Below, piece after piece: positions 28,159 to 37,607 of a stretch of DNA of 64,000 bases. Numbering within the stretch: the stretch's first letter is position 1; each line of letters starts with the position of its first letter. Below the pieces are notes generated by a model. The model had not been told where the DNA came from. It ran no database searches and saw only the letters and a list, made by a program, of their open reading frames with translations. The DNA lies in contig JAIORB010000110.1 of assembly GCA_021108325.1 (NCBI GenBank), positions 6,415 to 70,414 on the forward strand. Direction: 5' to 3'. The position numbers and the translations under genes were made by a program. The stretch comes from Bacteroidales bacterium. GTDB lineage: Bacteria > Bacteroidota > Bacteroidia > Bacteroidales > UBA12077.

Positions 28159-28287
28159 ATAGATCGAATTTCGTGGCAAAGATAGAAAATGTGGATAAAT
28201 ATTTCATTTCTTCGAATCATAATTCTTGTATAACAGAAAAATGTTTAATAAAATTGCCATTTACGATTATTAACTCAAAAAAACACA

Positions 28288-29430
28288 GTGGAGTATCTTA
28301 GTTTTGTTTTAGAAAATCCAATATACATAATTCTTATAGCATTTGGACTTAGCCTTTTAATACAATTATATTTTTATTTGTTTTATTATTCCAGAGTACT
28401 TTTCTACAGAAAGAAACAAACCGGAAATCACGAAAAAGAGGCTGTATCTGTTATTATTTGTGCCAGAAATGAAGAAAAAAATCTTGAAAAGTATCTTCCT
28501 TCAATTTTAACCCAAGATTACCCGAATTATGAAGTGATTGTTGTTAACGATTGCTCCGAAGATGAATCAGAATTTGTTTTAGAACGTTTACAAAAAAAAT
28601 ATAAACATCTCAGAACAACAACCATTAAGCAAGACGAAAAGTTTTATCACAGCAAAAAACTTGCATTAACTATTGGTATTAAAGCAGCAAAAAACGATTT
28701 ATTGCTATTAACAGATGCAGACTGCATTGCAGATAGTAATAACTGGATAGAAAAAATGCAGGAAAATTTTACAGATAAAACCGAGATTGTATTAGGTTAC
28801 GGTGGATACAAAAGAGAAAAGAAACTTATTAATAACTTAATTCGCTTCGACACTTTATTTATTGCCATTCAATATTTGACTTTTGCTTTAGCCCGAAAAC
28901 CATATATGGGTGTTGGAAGAAACCTTGCATATCGTAAATCCTTATTTTTTAAAAATAAAGGATTTGCCAGTCACAATCATATTGAGTCCGGTGATGATGA
29001 CCTTTTTATTAACCAGGTTGCAAATAAGAAAAATACCAAAATAGAAATTTCTAAAGAATCTATTACACGTTCAGATGCGGAATCAACTTTTTCAGCATGG
29101 TTTAAACAAAAGAAAAGACACACATCTACCGGAAAACTATACCGGTTTGGAACAAAATGGCGTTTATTTTACGAGAATTCAAGTAGAGTTTTCTATTACG
29201 TATCATTTGCATTATCACTAATCTGGTTTAATGAATTTTATTTATATATAATCGGTGCTTTTGCATTCAGAATGATTTTACAGTTGACTATATATAAAAT
29301 TGCTATGAGGCGTTTAAATGAAAGAAATTTATTATTACCTTCACTTCTTTACGATTTTCTTATGCCATATTTAAGTTTTTCGTTTATTTTAGTAAATTAT
29401 TTCACAACAAAAAATAATAAATGGAAGTAA
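28288..29430 (+). CDS. Membrane family 2 glycosyltransferase
   Basis: VSVIICARNEEKNLEKYLPSILTQDYPNYEVIVVNDCSEDES, TDADC, and flanking TM helices. GTG start. Confidence 0.8.
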   Translation: MEYLSFVLENPIYIILIAFGLSLLIQLYFYLFYYSRVLFYRKKQTGNHEKEAVSVIICARNEEKNLEKYLPSILTQDYPNYEVIVVNDCSEDESEFVLERLQKKYKHLRTTTIKQDEKFYHSKKLALTIGIKAAKNDLLLLTDADCIADSNNWIEKMQENFTDKTEIVLGYGGYKREKKLINNLIRFDTLFIAIQYLTFALARKPYMGVGRNLAYRKSLFFKNKGFASHNHIESGDDDLFINQVANKKNTKIEISKESITRSDAESTFSAWFKQKKRHTSTGKLYRFGTKWRLFYENSSRVFYYVSFALSLIWFNEFYLYIIGAFAFRMILQLTIYKIAMRRLNERNLLLPSLLYDFLMPYLSFSFILVNYFTTKNNKWK

Positions 29431-30023
29431 ATCCTAATTTATCAGAAAAGGCCAGACATGACTATAAACTTGTTAAACTTGCGATTGCAGGTGATGAGAA
29501 AGCTTATGCCGAACTTTTAGATAGATATAAAGATGCCATTTATTATATGCTCCTTAAAATGGTTAACAATAGAAGCGATGCAGAAGATTTAACCATTGAG
29601 GCTTTTGGTAAAGCTTTTAAAAATATTACTCAATATACTCCAAATTATGCTTTTAGCACCTGGCTTTTTAAAATAGCCACAAATAATTGTATTGATTTTA
29701 TTAGAAAGAAAAAAGCAAATCTTATTTCATTGGATCAAACATCAGAAGATCAGGACAGTATTGGCACACCACTGCAAGCTGATACTCCCGATCCGGAAGA
29801 AGATATGATAAAAAGTCAACGTATGGCTTTAACTCGCAGCATTGTTGAAAAATTAAAACCACGATATAAAACGTTAGTTGAGTTAAGGTATTTTAAGGAA
29901 TATTCTTACGATGAAATTGCAAACGAACTTAACCTACCTATTGGAACTGTTAAAGCTCAACTTTTTAGAGCCCGCGAGCTACTTTTCAACATACTGAAAA
30001 ATAACAATCCAAACATAAAATAA
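29421..30023 (+). CDS. Sigma-70 family (ECF-like) RNA polymerase sigma factor
   Basis: Region 2 (FSTWLFKIATNNCIDFIRKKK) and region 4 HTH (YSYDEIANELNLPIGTVKAQLFRAR). Overlaps the upstream gene by 10 nt. Confidence 0.9.
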   Translation: MEVNPNLSEKARHDYKLVKLAIAGDEKAYAELLDRYKDAIYYMLLKMVNNRSDAEDLTIEAFGKAFKNITQYTPNYAFSTWLFKIATNNCIDFIRKKKANLISLDQTSEDQDSIGTPLQADTPDPEEDMIKSQRMALTRSIVEKLKPRYKTLVELRYFKEYSYDEIANELNLPIGTVKAQLFRARELLFNILKNNNPNIK

Positions 30024-30034
30024 AGCCTGCTTAT

Positions 30035-30655
30035 ATGGATATAATACAAAAATACTTTCCCGATTTAACGGAAGAGCAAAACAGGCAATTTCTCCTATTA
30101 CAAAGTTTATATGAAGAATGGAATAATAAAATAAATGTTATCTCACGAAAAGATATTGATCAGCTTTACGAACGACATGTTTTACATTCATTAGCTATTG
30201 CAAAAATCATCCGGTTTAAAAACAAAACAAGTATTTTAGATGTAGGTACAGGTGGAGGTTTCCCAGGAATACCTTTAGCAATTTTATTTCCCGAATGTAG
30301 TTTTCATTTAGTTGATTCCATTGAAAAAAAAATAAATGTTGTACAGGAAATTTCCCTTGCTTTAAATCTTAGAAATATAACACCAGAACAAATAAGAGCT
30401 GAGAAAATAAAAACCCAATACGACTTTATTGTAAGCAGAGCAGTAACAGCTTTTCCTGCATTTTACAACTGGGTAAGAACAAAAGTAAAACATGAATCGA
30501 AAAATGAATTAAAAAATGGAATTTTATATTTAAAAGGTGGCGATCTCAACGAGGAATTAAAGGATTTCAAATCCAGAATAAAAACATTCGAAATCTCTAA
30601 ATTCTATTCAGAATCTTTTTTCGAAACAAAAAAAATAATCTATCTGCCAATTTAA
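30035..30655 (+). CDS. rsmG: 16S rRNA (guanine527-N7)-methyltransferase
   Basis: GidB family: WNNKINVISRKD, and a SAM motif (LDVGTGGGFPGIPLAI). Confidence 0.9.
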   Translation: MDIIQKYFPDLTEEQNRQFLLLQSLYEEWNNKINVISRKDIDQLYERHVLHSLAIAKIIRFKNKTSILDVGTGGGFPGIPLAILFPECSFHLVDSIEKKINVVQEISLALNLRNITPEQIRAEKIKTQYDFIVSRAVTAFPAFYNWVRTKVKHESKNELKNGILYLKGGDLNEELKDFKSRIKTFEISKFYSESFFETKKIIYLPI

Positions 30656-30679
30656 TTTGATATTTATTTTTAAAATCTT

Positions 30680-30709
30680 TTTGCAGGAAAGAAAAAAACA
30701 TTACTTTTG
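30680..30709 (+). promoter_or_regulatory. Bacteroidota-type promoter for rpmH (TTTG -33 / TACTTTTG -7)
   Basis: TTTG at 30680..30683 and TAnnTTTG (TACTTTTG) at 30702..30709, with 18-nt spacing, 43 nt upstream of the rpmH ATG. Confidence 0.45.
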
Positions 30710-30751
30710 CAGTTCTAAAATAAAAATAAACCATTGTAAAAATATTTTGAG

Positions 30752-30910
30752 ATGAAAAGAACATTTCAACCTTCGAACACAAAGAGAAAAAATAAGCACG
30801 GATTCAGAGAGAGAATGTCATCTGTGAACGGAAGAAAAGTACTTGCTCAACGTAGAGCTAAGGGTAGAAGCAAATTAACTGTTTCTGACGAATATAATTC
30901 AAAGAAATAA
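30752..30910 (+). CDS. rpmH: 50S ribosomal protein L34
   Basis: Hand translation gives [52 protein letters not shown] (52 aa). It is below the ORF-track length cut-off. Confidence 0.93.
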   Translation: MKRTFQPSNTKRKNKHGFRERMSSVNGRKVLAQRRAKGRSKLTVSDEYNSKK

Positions 30911-30932
30911 TTTAATAACTCTTTATATATTT

Positions 30933-30972
30933 AAAAGTAAGGGATAAATAATTTTGTTCCTTACTTTTTTTT
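30933..30972 (+). terminator. Rho-independent terminator of rpmH
   Basis: 10-bp stem AAAAGTAAGG (30933..30942) / CCTTACTTTT (30959..30968), a 16-nt loop, and a trailing T run. Confidence 0.6.
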
Positions 30973-31089
30973 ATTTTATCCCTTATCCAACTCCAGACTG
31001 ATCTTCGTAAACAATACATCCTTTTCATTGTTTGATTTCCTATAATGAATTAAAATTCTTTTATTTTTACATCATAAAATTTTAAGGTT

Positions 31090-32202
31090 TTGATACAAGA
31101 AATATTTTCATCGGGACAATTAACTGATTTACAAAAAAAAATCACTAATAAAATAATCCGGCAGGAAAGATTAACCTCCGAAGAAGGAATTGAATTATTC
31201 AACTTCGATATAGGAATCCTTGGGATTATAGCATCCTATCTTAACAAAAATAAAAATCAGGATAAAGTATTTTTCAACAAAAATTTTCATATCGAACCAA
31301 CTAATATATGTGTTTACGATTGCGTGTTTTGTTCTTACCATAGAAAGATTAACCAGGAAGGCAGTTGGGAATATTCCATGAACGACATATTGAAAAAAGC
31401 TGAATCATATAAGAATTCTGATATTACAGAAGTCCATATCGTTGGAGGTGTTCATCCAAACAGGGATTTACATTATTATGGCGAGATGATTCAGAAAATA
31501 AAAGAAATCTTACCAAACATTCACGTGAAAGCTTTTACAGCCGTTGAATTAGATTTTATGATAAAAAAGGCTCACATGAATCTTGAAGAAGGACTTCTTA
31601 AATTAAAAGAATATGGTTTAGATAGTATTCCGGGCGGAGGTGCTGAGATTTTTGAACCGGAAATAAGAAAGCAGGTTTGTCATGAAAAATCAACAGCAGA
31701 ACAATGGCTTACAATACATGAAACTGCTCATAAAATTGGATTACCATCAAATGCAACAATTCTTTATGGGCATTTAGAAAATAATCAACACAGAATTGAA
31801 CATCTCGATAAATTAAGAGACTTACAAGATCGAACAAATGGATTCAATACATTTATTCCTTTAAAATTTAAAAAAGCAAATAATCCATTGTCTTATGTTG
31901 GGGAAGTTAATATACTTGAAGATTTAAAAATGTTTGCTATTTCAAGAATTTATCTCGACAATTTCGATCATATAAAAGCATACTGGCCAATGCTCGGCAA
32001 AGATGTATCTCAAATTTCCTTATCGTTTGGTGTTGACGACATTGATGGCACAATAGATGATTCTACAAAAATATATTCAATGGCCGGAGCAAAAGATCAA
32101 AAACCAACCATAACTACCAAAGAGTTAATTGAATTGATTAAAACTGCAGGGAAAAAGCCGGTTGAAAGAGACACTGTATATAATACCATTCGGGAATATT
32201 AA
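31090..32202 (+). CDS. Radical SAM enzyme of the MqnE/MqnC/CofH family (futalosine-pathway menaquinone biosynthesis type)
   Basis: CxxxCxxC cluster (CVYDCVFCS), then GGVHP and the C-terminal blocks typical of MqnE/MqnC. TTG start; there is no upstream in-frame ATG. Confidence 0.75.
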   Translation: MIQEIFSSGQLTDLQKKITNKIIRQERLTSEEGIELFNFDIGILGIIASYLNKNKNQDKVFFNKNFHIEPTNICVYDCVFCSYHRKINQEGSWEYSMNDILKKAESYKNSDITEVHIVGGVHPNRDLHYYGEMIQKIKEILPNIHVKAFTAVELDFMIKKAHMNLEEGLLKLKEYGLDSIPGGGAEIFEPEIRKQVCHEKSTAEQWLTIHETAHKIGLPSNATILYGHLENNQHRIEHLDKLRDLQDRTNGFNTFIPLKFKKANNPLSYVGEVNILEDLKMFAISRIYLDNFDHIKAYWPMLGKDVSQISLSFGVDDIDGTIDDSTKIYSMAGAKDQKPTITTKELIELIKTAGKKPVERDTVYNTIREY

Positions 32203-32301
32203 AAGAATCATTTTACAAACAATTAATTTTAGTTTGTGCTTACATAATTTTATATTTGTCTCACCGTTAACTATATTGATGATTTAAAAGCATACGCGAT
32301 A

Positions 32302-33132
32302 ATGACCCTATTTAAATTCCTGACCAGTAAAACATTTGTAAAACATTTGCTATATGCTATTGGAGTTGTAACAGCAATGTTGATTCTAACTTTTTTAATT
32401 CTGAAAGTTTATACTCATCACGGACAGGCTTTATCTGTTCCTGATTTTACCGGTTTAACTTTAGAAGAAGTGCATAGAAAAGCAAAAAAGAATAAATTAC
32501 GTATTGAAGTTTCTGATTCTGTTTTTAACAATAACCGACCTAAAGGTACTGTAATAGAACAAAATCCAATCGCAGGGTTTAATGTAAAAAAGAATCGACG
32601 AATATTTATAGTGCTTAATGCTTTTAATCCTGAAAAAGTTAAAATGCCAAACATTGTTGGCGTTTCGCATCGTCAGGCCGAAGCTGTACTTAAAAATGCA
32701 GGACTCGAAATTGGAAGATTAATTCACGTACCGGATATTGCTGTTAATAATGTTTTAAAACAAAAATATAATAGCGAAGAAATTGAAGAAGGAAAAATGG
32801 TACCTAAAGGATCAAAAATTGATCTTGTTCTGGGTATGGGACTTAGTAATCAGAAAACGCAAGTTCCAAATCTTGATCATTATACCTTAGAAAGAGCTAA
32901 AAACAGAATTCTAAGATCAGCTCTCAACACCGGAGCCATAATATATGATGAGTCAATTGAAGATGGTATAGACTCAACTGAAGCTAAAGTATGGAGACAG
33001 TATCCGTCATTCAAAGAGAGTAAGATGATTAGATTAGGCTCTACTATAGATTTATGGCTAAGCGTTGACTCCGCAATCCTTTATCCGGAATTAAATATGG
33101 ATATAATGGACACAGTAATTATTAATGAATAA
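32302..33132 (+). CDS. PASTA-domain protein (membrane anchored)
   Basis: N-terminal TM helix followed by three PASTA-like repeats (VPDFTGLTLEE..., MPNIVGVSHRQAEAVL..., VPNLDHYTLERAK...). Confidence 0.8.
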   Translation: MTLFKFLTSKTFVKHLLYAIGVVTAMLILTFLILKVYTHHGQALSVPDFTGLTLEEVHRKAKKNKLRIEVSDSVFNNNRPKGTVIEQNPIAGFNVKKNRRIFIVLNAFNPEKVKMPNIVGVSHRQAEAVLKNAGLEIGRLIHVPDIAVNNVLKQKYNSEEIEEGKMVPKGSKIDLVLGMGLSNQKTQVPNLDHYTLERAKNRILRSALNTGAIIYDESIEDGIDSTEAKVWRQYPSFKESKMIRLGSTIDLWLSVDSAILYPELNMDIMDTVIINE

Positions 33133-35107
33133 CAGGATATTCTTGAAAAACTTAATACTTTATATAGCTACAATATTTTTGATTTCAGGATCAATTTCCT
33201 TAAAGGCTCAAGAATCTTTAACCGGATTACAGGTAAATCCGAAGATTAAACAATTATATCTAAATAAATCCAAAAATAAAGCAACACAGGAAAAGTCACC
33301 CGTTGAGCTGCCCTTCATCGATGATTTTGCAAAATCAATAGGTTATGCCGATAGTTCACTATGGCAAGACGAGTATGTTTTCATTAATCAAACTTATGCA
33401 TATAATCCATTAAGTATTGGAGTTGCTACACTAGATGCTATTGATGGTACCGGAGCAATCCATTCAAATGCAAACAGTTTTGCTTTTGGAGCAGATACAC
33501 TCACATCAAAACCTATTAACCTTAATTACCCGGGCGATAATACAATATTTTTAAGCTTCTATTACCAACCTGGTGGATTAGGTGATACACCTGATACAAA
33601 AGATACTTTATTACTCGAGTTCTATTCTATAGATTCTGTATGGAATAAAATGTGGCATGTTATATTTAACGAAAATGATTCTGTTTTAACTGAAAAACAT
33701 ACATATGGAGATACTACGATAAAAACTATTAACGGTGATACATTAACAGATTTGAAACAATCGTTTCAACAAGTTATTATCCCGGTTAATGAAAATAAGT
33801 ATCTTAATAACAGTTTCCAATTCAGGTTCAGAAATTATGCCAGTTTATCAGGCAACGATGATATTGAAAGTAAAACGAGTAACTCTGATCATTGGAACTT
33901 AGATTTTGTAATTCTAGATAAAGACCGCAACATAAATGATACCATTATAGAAGATGTGGCTTTTTCTGAACCCATTGGCTCCCTTTTAAAAACTTATGAA
34001 GCTCTTCCATGGACACATTTTTCAAAAGCAAATGCCCACGAAATGGAGGATTCTATATCTATTACTTATAGAAATTTATTTAACGATTCTCTGAATTGTG
34101 AAAGAGAATTTGAAATTGAGGATATTAAAGGAGCAACAGGAACATATTATTTTTCAGGAGGTACTTGGCCTAATATCCCTCCTTTTTCATACGAAACTTA
34201 TAAACGACCGATTGATTATATATTCCCTTATGATCCTTCAACTGACTCGGCACTTTTTGAAATAAGGAGTTATCTGGTTACAGAAACACCACCTGAACTT
34301 TCTCCATATCGTTGGAACGACACAACTCGTTTTATGCAAAAATTCTATAATTATTACGCATACGATGATGGCTCTGCAGAAAATGGTTATGGAATTATTG
34401 GCGAAGGAACAGAAAGGGCAATGGTTGCTATGCGTTATAATACATATAAAAAAGATACTTTAAGAGGAGTACAAATCTTTTTTAATCAAACCTTAAATGA
34501 TGTAAATCAATATACATTCAAGATTCATGTTTGGAGTGAAACAGATGGCAAACCCGGAAATATTATTTATACTCAAGAAGGACTAAAACCACAAAACGAA
34601 GATGAACTAAATAAGTTTACTACTTATGTTCTGGATTCGGTTCTAATTCTTGAAAACTCATTTTTTATTGGCTGGCAGAAAGAATTAAACACCCCAGAAA
34701 TGCTTAATGTAGGATTTGATGTAAACAGGATAAACAACGAGAAACTATATTATAATTTTTCAGGTAATTGGGTGCGGTCACAATTTGAGGGCACAATTAT
34801 GATCAGACCAATGTTTGGGCATGAAATAAATGTTTCTACAGGAATAATATCACCACCAAAAAATCAATCCTTAGAATATACAATTTATCCAAATCCGGCA
34901 AGTGATATCCTGAATATTAATATTAATGATCAATTTATCGAAAATTACAGGTATACAATTTTCGATATCCATGGCAGAGTTTTTAAAGATGAAACAAGTC
35001 AACAATCTCCAATAGATATTTCCAGCTTAAACACAGGCGTTTATTTTATCCGAATAGCAAATTCTAAAGGTTCAAATACTACCAAAAAATTCATGATAGT
35101 TCGCTAA
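33125..35107 (+). CDS. Secreted protein with T9SS (Por) C-terminal sorting domain
   Basis: Signal peptide and a C-terminal ~80 aa matching the T9SS CTD pattern (YTIYPNPASDILNININ...GVYFIRI...KKFMIVR). Confidence 0.8.
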   Translation: MNNRIFLKNLILYIATIFLISGSISLKAQESLTGLQVNPKIKQLYLNKSKNKATQEKSPVELPFIDDFAKSIGYADSSLWQDEYVFINQTYAYNPLSIGVATLDAIDGTGAIHSNANSFAFGADTLTSKPINLNYPGDNTIFLSFYYQPGGLGDTPDTKDTLLLEFYSIDSVWNKMWHVIFNENDSVLTEKHTYGDTTIKTINGDTLTDLKQSFQQVIIPVNENKYLNNSFQFRFRNYASLSGNDDIESKTSNSDHWNLDFVILDKDRNINDTIIEDVAFSEPIGSLLKTYEALPWTHFSKANAHEMEDSISITYRNLFNDSLNCEREFEIEDIKGATGTYYFSGGTWPNIPPFSYETYKRPIDYIFPYDPSTDSALFEIRSYLVTETPPELSPYRWNDTTRFMQKFYNYYAYDDGSAENGYGIIGEGTERAMVAMRYNTYKKDTLRGVQIFFNQTLNDVNQYTFKIHVWSETDGKPGNIIYTQEGLKPQNEDELNKFTTYVLDSVLILENSFFIGWQKELNTPEMLNVGFDVNRINNEKLYYNFSGNWVRSQFEGTIMIRPMFGHEINVSTGIISPPKNQSLEYTIYPNPASDILNININDQFIENYRYTIFDIHGRVFKDETSQQSPIDISSLNTGVYFIRIANSKGSNTTKKFMIVR

Positions 35108-35117
35108 TTTTAAAAGA

Positions 35118-36158
35118 ATGAAAGAAGAAGATTTTATTGAAAACGAAGAGCAAGAGTTATTCGAACATTACAGAATTGAGGTTGACCCGGGCCAAAAACC
35201 TTTAAGAATTGACAAATTTCTTGTTAACAGAATTGAGAATGCATCAAGAAGCAAAATTCAAAGCGCAGCAGATGCTGAAAATATATTAGTTAACCAAAAA
35301 CCTGTTAAATCGAATTACAAAGTAAAGTCCAATGATATTATTTCAATTGTAATGGCCTACCCACCACGCGAAATTGAATTAATACCGGAAAATATACCTC
35401 TCAATATTGTTTATGAAGATGACCAGTTAGTTATTGTCAATAAAGAACCTGGGATGGTGGTGCATCCATCATACGGCCATTATTCAGGGACCTTGGTTAA
35501 TGCTATGATGTATCATCTTAAAGATCTTCCATTATATAATACAGGCGATAAGCGCCCGGGGCTTGTTCATCGAATTGATAAAAATACCTCAGGGCTTTTG
35601 GTTCTTGCAAAAACAGAACAAGCATTAAATAAACTTGCCAAACAATTTTTCGATAAAACTACCGAACGAAGATATTATGCACTTGTTTGGGGAACATTCA
35701 AGGAAAAAGAGGGAACAATCACAGGACATATTGGTAGAAACATTAAAAACAGGAAAGTAATGCATGTATTCCCGGATGGATCGCAGGGTAAACACGCAGT
35801 AACACATTATAAAGTATTAGAAGAACTTGGATATATTACTCTTATCGAATGTAAACTAGAAACAGGTCGAACACATCAAATACGGGTTCATTTTCAATAC
35901 ATTGGGCATCCCCTGTTTAACGATTTCGAATACGGGGGCGATCAAATTTTAAAAGGAACCACTTTTACTAAATACAAGCAATTTGTTCAAAACTGTTTTA
36001 ATATTTTGCCTCGGCAAGCACTACATGCAAAAACATTAGGGTTTACGCATCCATCAACAGGTGAGTATATGCGCTTTGAATCTGAACTTCCGGATGACAT
36101 GACACAAGTTATAGAAAAATGGAAAAGGTATTTATCTGGTAGAGAGTCAAATGAATAA
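35118..36158 (+). CDS. rluD: 23S rRNA pseudouridine synthase, RluA/RluD family
   Basis: S4 domain followed by the catalytic motif (GLVHRIDKNTSGLLVLAKT) and the HQIRVH block. Confidence 0.92.
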   Translation: MKEEDFIENEEQELFEHYRIEVDPGQKPLRIDKFLVNRIENASRSKIQSAADAENILVNQKPVKSNYKVKSNDIISIVMAYPPREIELIPENIPLNIVYEDDQLVIVNKEPGMVVHPSYGHYSGTLVNAMMYHLKDLPLYNTGDKRPGLVHRIDKNTSGLLVLAKTEQALNKLAKQFFDKTTERRYYALVWGTFKEKEGTITGHIGRNIKNRKVMHVFPDGSQGKHAVTHYKVLEELGYITLIECKLETGRTHQIRVHFQYIGHPLFNDFEYGGDQILKGTTFTKYKQFVQNCFNILPRQALHAKTLGFTHPSTGEYMRFESELPDDMTQVIEKWKRYLSGRESNE

Positions 36159-36394
36159 TTTTTTTTGAATTTCTTTATTCCAACATAGTATAATTTTGTA
36201 TTTCTAAAGGGAACTCGAAGGGCTCTATGCGAATTAGAATTTTAAGAATACCGCATCAGTTATCTTAAAACTCCGAACGATTTATGCTTCGCAACTTTCG
36301 AGTAGATTAGCTACAGCGTTATATTGCGAATAGCTTTTGCCCAACTGCATAATATGTCATATATTTGTTGTAGCTATAATTAAAAATAACAACT

Positions 36395-37219
36395 ATGAAA
36401 TATATACTTAAAATCAGTTTGGCAATAGCATTATTGGCTTCACAGGGTTGTGGTAAAGAGGCGGAACGTATTGAAAAATGGGTTGACCTAAGCGAGTGGA
36501 AGGAAGTGATCTATCATTATCCTGCCAACGGACAGGGACGCGGGACATGGAAGTTGAGCAACAATAACCAGTGGGCCACACAAAAGATTAACGGAGATCC
36601 AACGATCCTGGTAAGTGATATTGATGTTACAGGTACCACAGTAGAAGGGTCGTGGCTTATGAAAGGACAAGGTGATGACGATCTTGTGGGTTTTGTTTTC
36701 GGTTATCAGGATCCCGGACATTTCTACCTGCTTGATTGGAAAAAGGCGACACAGGATGACAGAGCATGTGGCCTGGCAAAACAGGGAATAAGCATTAAAG
36801 CTGTAACTGCAGATTATTCAGGCCCGGAGTCAGGTATACTGAAAGCTTCACAGCCATTCGATGGTAAAGATCTCTGGAATACAGAAGGTACTGAAGGAAA
36901 GGTTACTCTTCTTTATCATGAAGATACTGAAGGATGGATGTTCGAAAAGGAATACGGATTCATCCTGAAATTCGATTCCGGTTCATTTACCGTAACAATA
37001 AAAGATGGAGAGAAAACAATTTTCAGCAAAACGCTTAAAGATAACACATATAAAAACGGCAAATTCGGTTTTTACAATTTTTCTCAGGCTCCGGTTATCT
37101 ATAAAGGGTTCAAAACGATCACGGAGATCTCCCCAAAACCGTTTCTCTGGTGGATCGTTATCGCAACAATTGTCTTACTGCTAATGGCATATGTAGTATT
37201 CAAAAAGACGAGAAAGTAA
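36395..37219 (+). CDS. Lipoprotein with thrombospondin C-terminal-like (TSP_C/L-lectin jelly-roll) domain and a C-terminal TM tail
   Basis: Lipobox (LLASQGC). GDDDLVGFVFGYQDPGHFYLLDWKK, GISIKAV and NGKFGFYNFSQ are colinear with metazoan TSP/COMP C-terminal domain motifs. The C-terminus is PFLWWIVIATIVLLLMAYVVFKKTRK. G+C is about 43-52% in three hand-counted 60-nt samples. Confidence 0.7.
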   Translation: MKYILKISLAIALLASQGCGKEAERIEKWVDLSEWKEVIYHYPANGQGRGTWKLSNNNQWATQKINGDPTILVSDIDVTGTTVEGSWLMKGQGDDDLVGFVFGYQDPGHFYLLDWKKATQDDRACGLAKQGISIKAVTADYSGPESGILKASQPFDGKDLWNTEGTEGKVTLLYHEDTEGWMFEKEYGFILKFDSGSFTVTIKDGEKTIFSKTLKDNTYKNGKFGFYNFSQAPVIYKGFKTITEISPKPFLWWIVIATIVLLLMAYVVFKKTRK

Positions 37220-37233
37220 ATAGTTTTATTTTT

Positions 37234-37345
37234 TATGACTATCGGATTGATTTACTGTAATTTAAAAGAAGGCGCTAAGCACCTAGTTTTCAAAGATAAT
37301 AACAATTTATGAAATATGGATTAGGTATATAATCCGATAGTCATA
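37234..37345. repeat. 15-bp terminal inverted repeats flanking an 82-nt core (MITE-like or long-loop hairpin)
   Basis: TATGACTATCGGATT (37234..37248) and AATCCGATAGTCATA (37331..37345) are perfect reverse complements. The pair begins 15 nt after the stop of the GC-rich gene. Confidence 0.5.
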
Positions 37346-37607
37346 TTATTTTCTATTTCATCTATAAGATTACCATAAATATTCAAATCTAAAGAGAACC
37401 TTAACCCGTTTTTCTATTTTATTATTCCTCTACAATACGTTAAAATAAATACAGTTCATTAACTCACATATTAAATTAATATGAGTTAAAGGTTCATTAA
37501 TCATTGAAAAAACCACATTCGTCATAACGTTTAAACAAATTAAAATTACTTCCGTAACCAATGATAGAAACACTATTCTATAACGTTATTTATAACTATA
37601 TAATAAG

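Noticed and set aside
28190-28198. Perfect DnaA box (TGTGGATAA) in the tgt/GT2 divergent spacer. Together with dnaB and rpmH in the window, it raised the possibility of oriC.
   Set aside because: It is a single box, and a 9-mer is expected about 0.5 times by chance in 64 kb on both strands. There is no cluster of boxes, no dnaA gene and no obvious AT-rich unwinding repeats. The other near-matches (9757, 30975) are degenerate.
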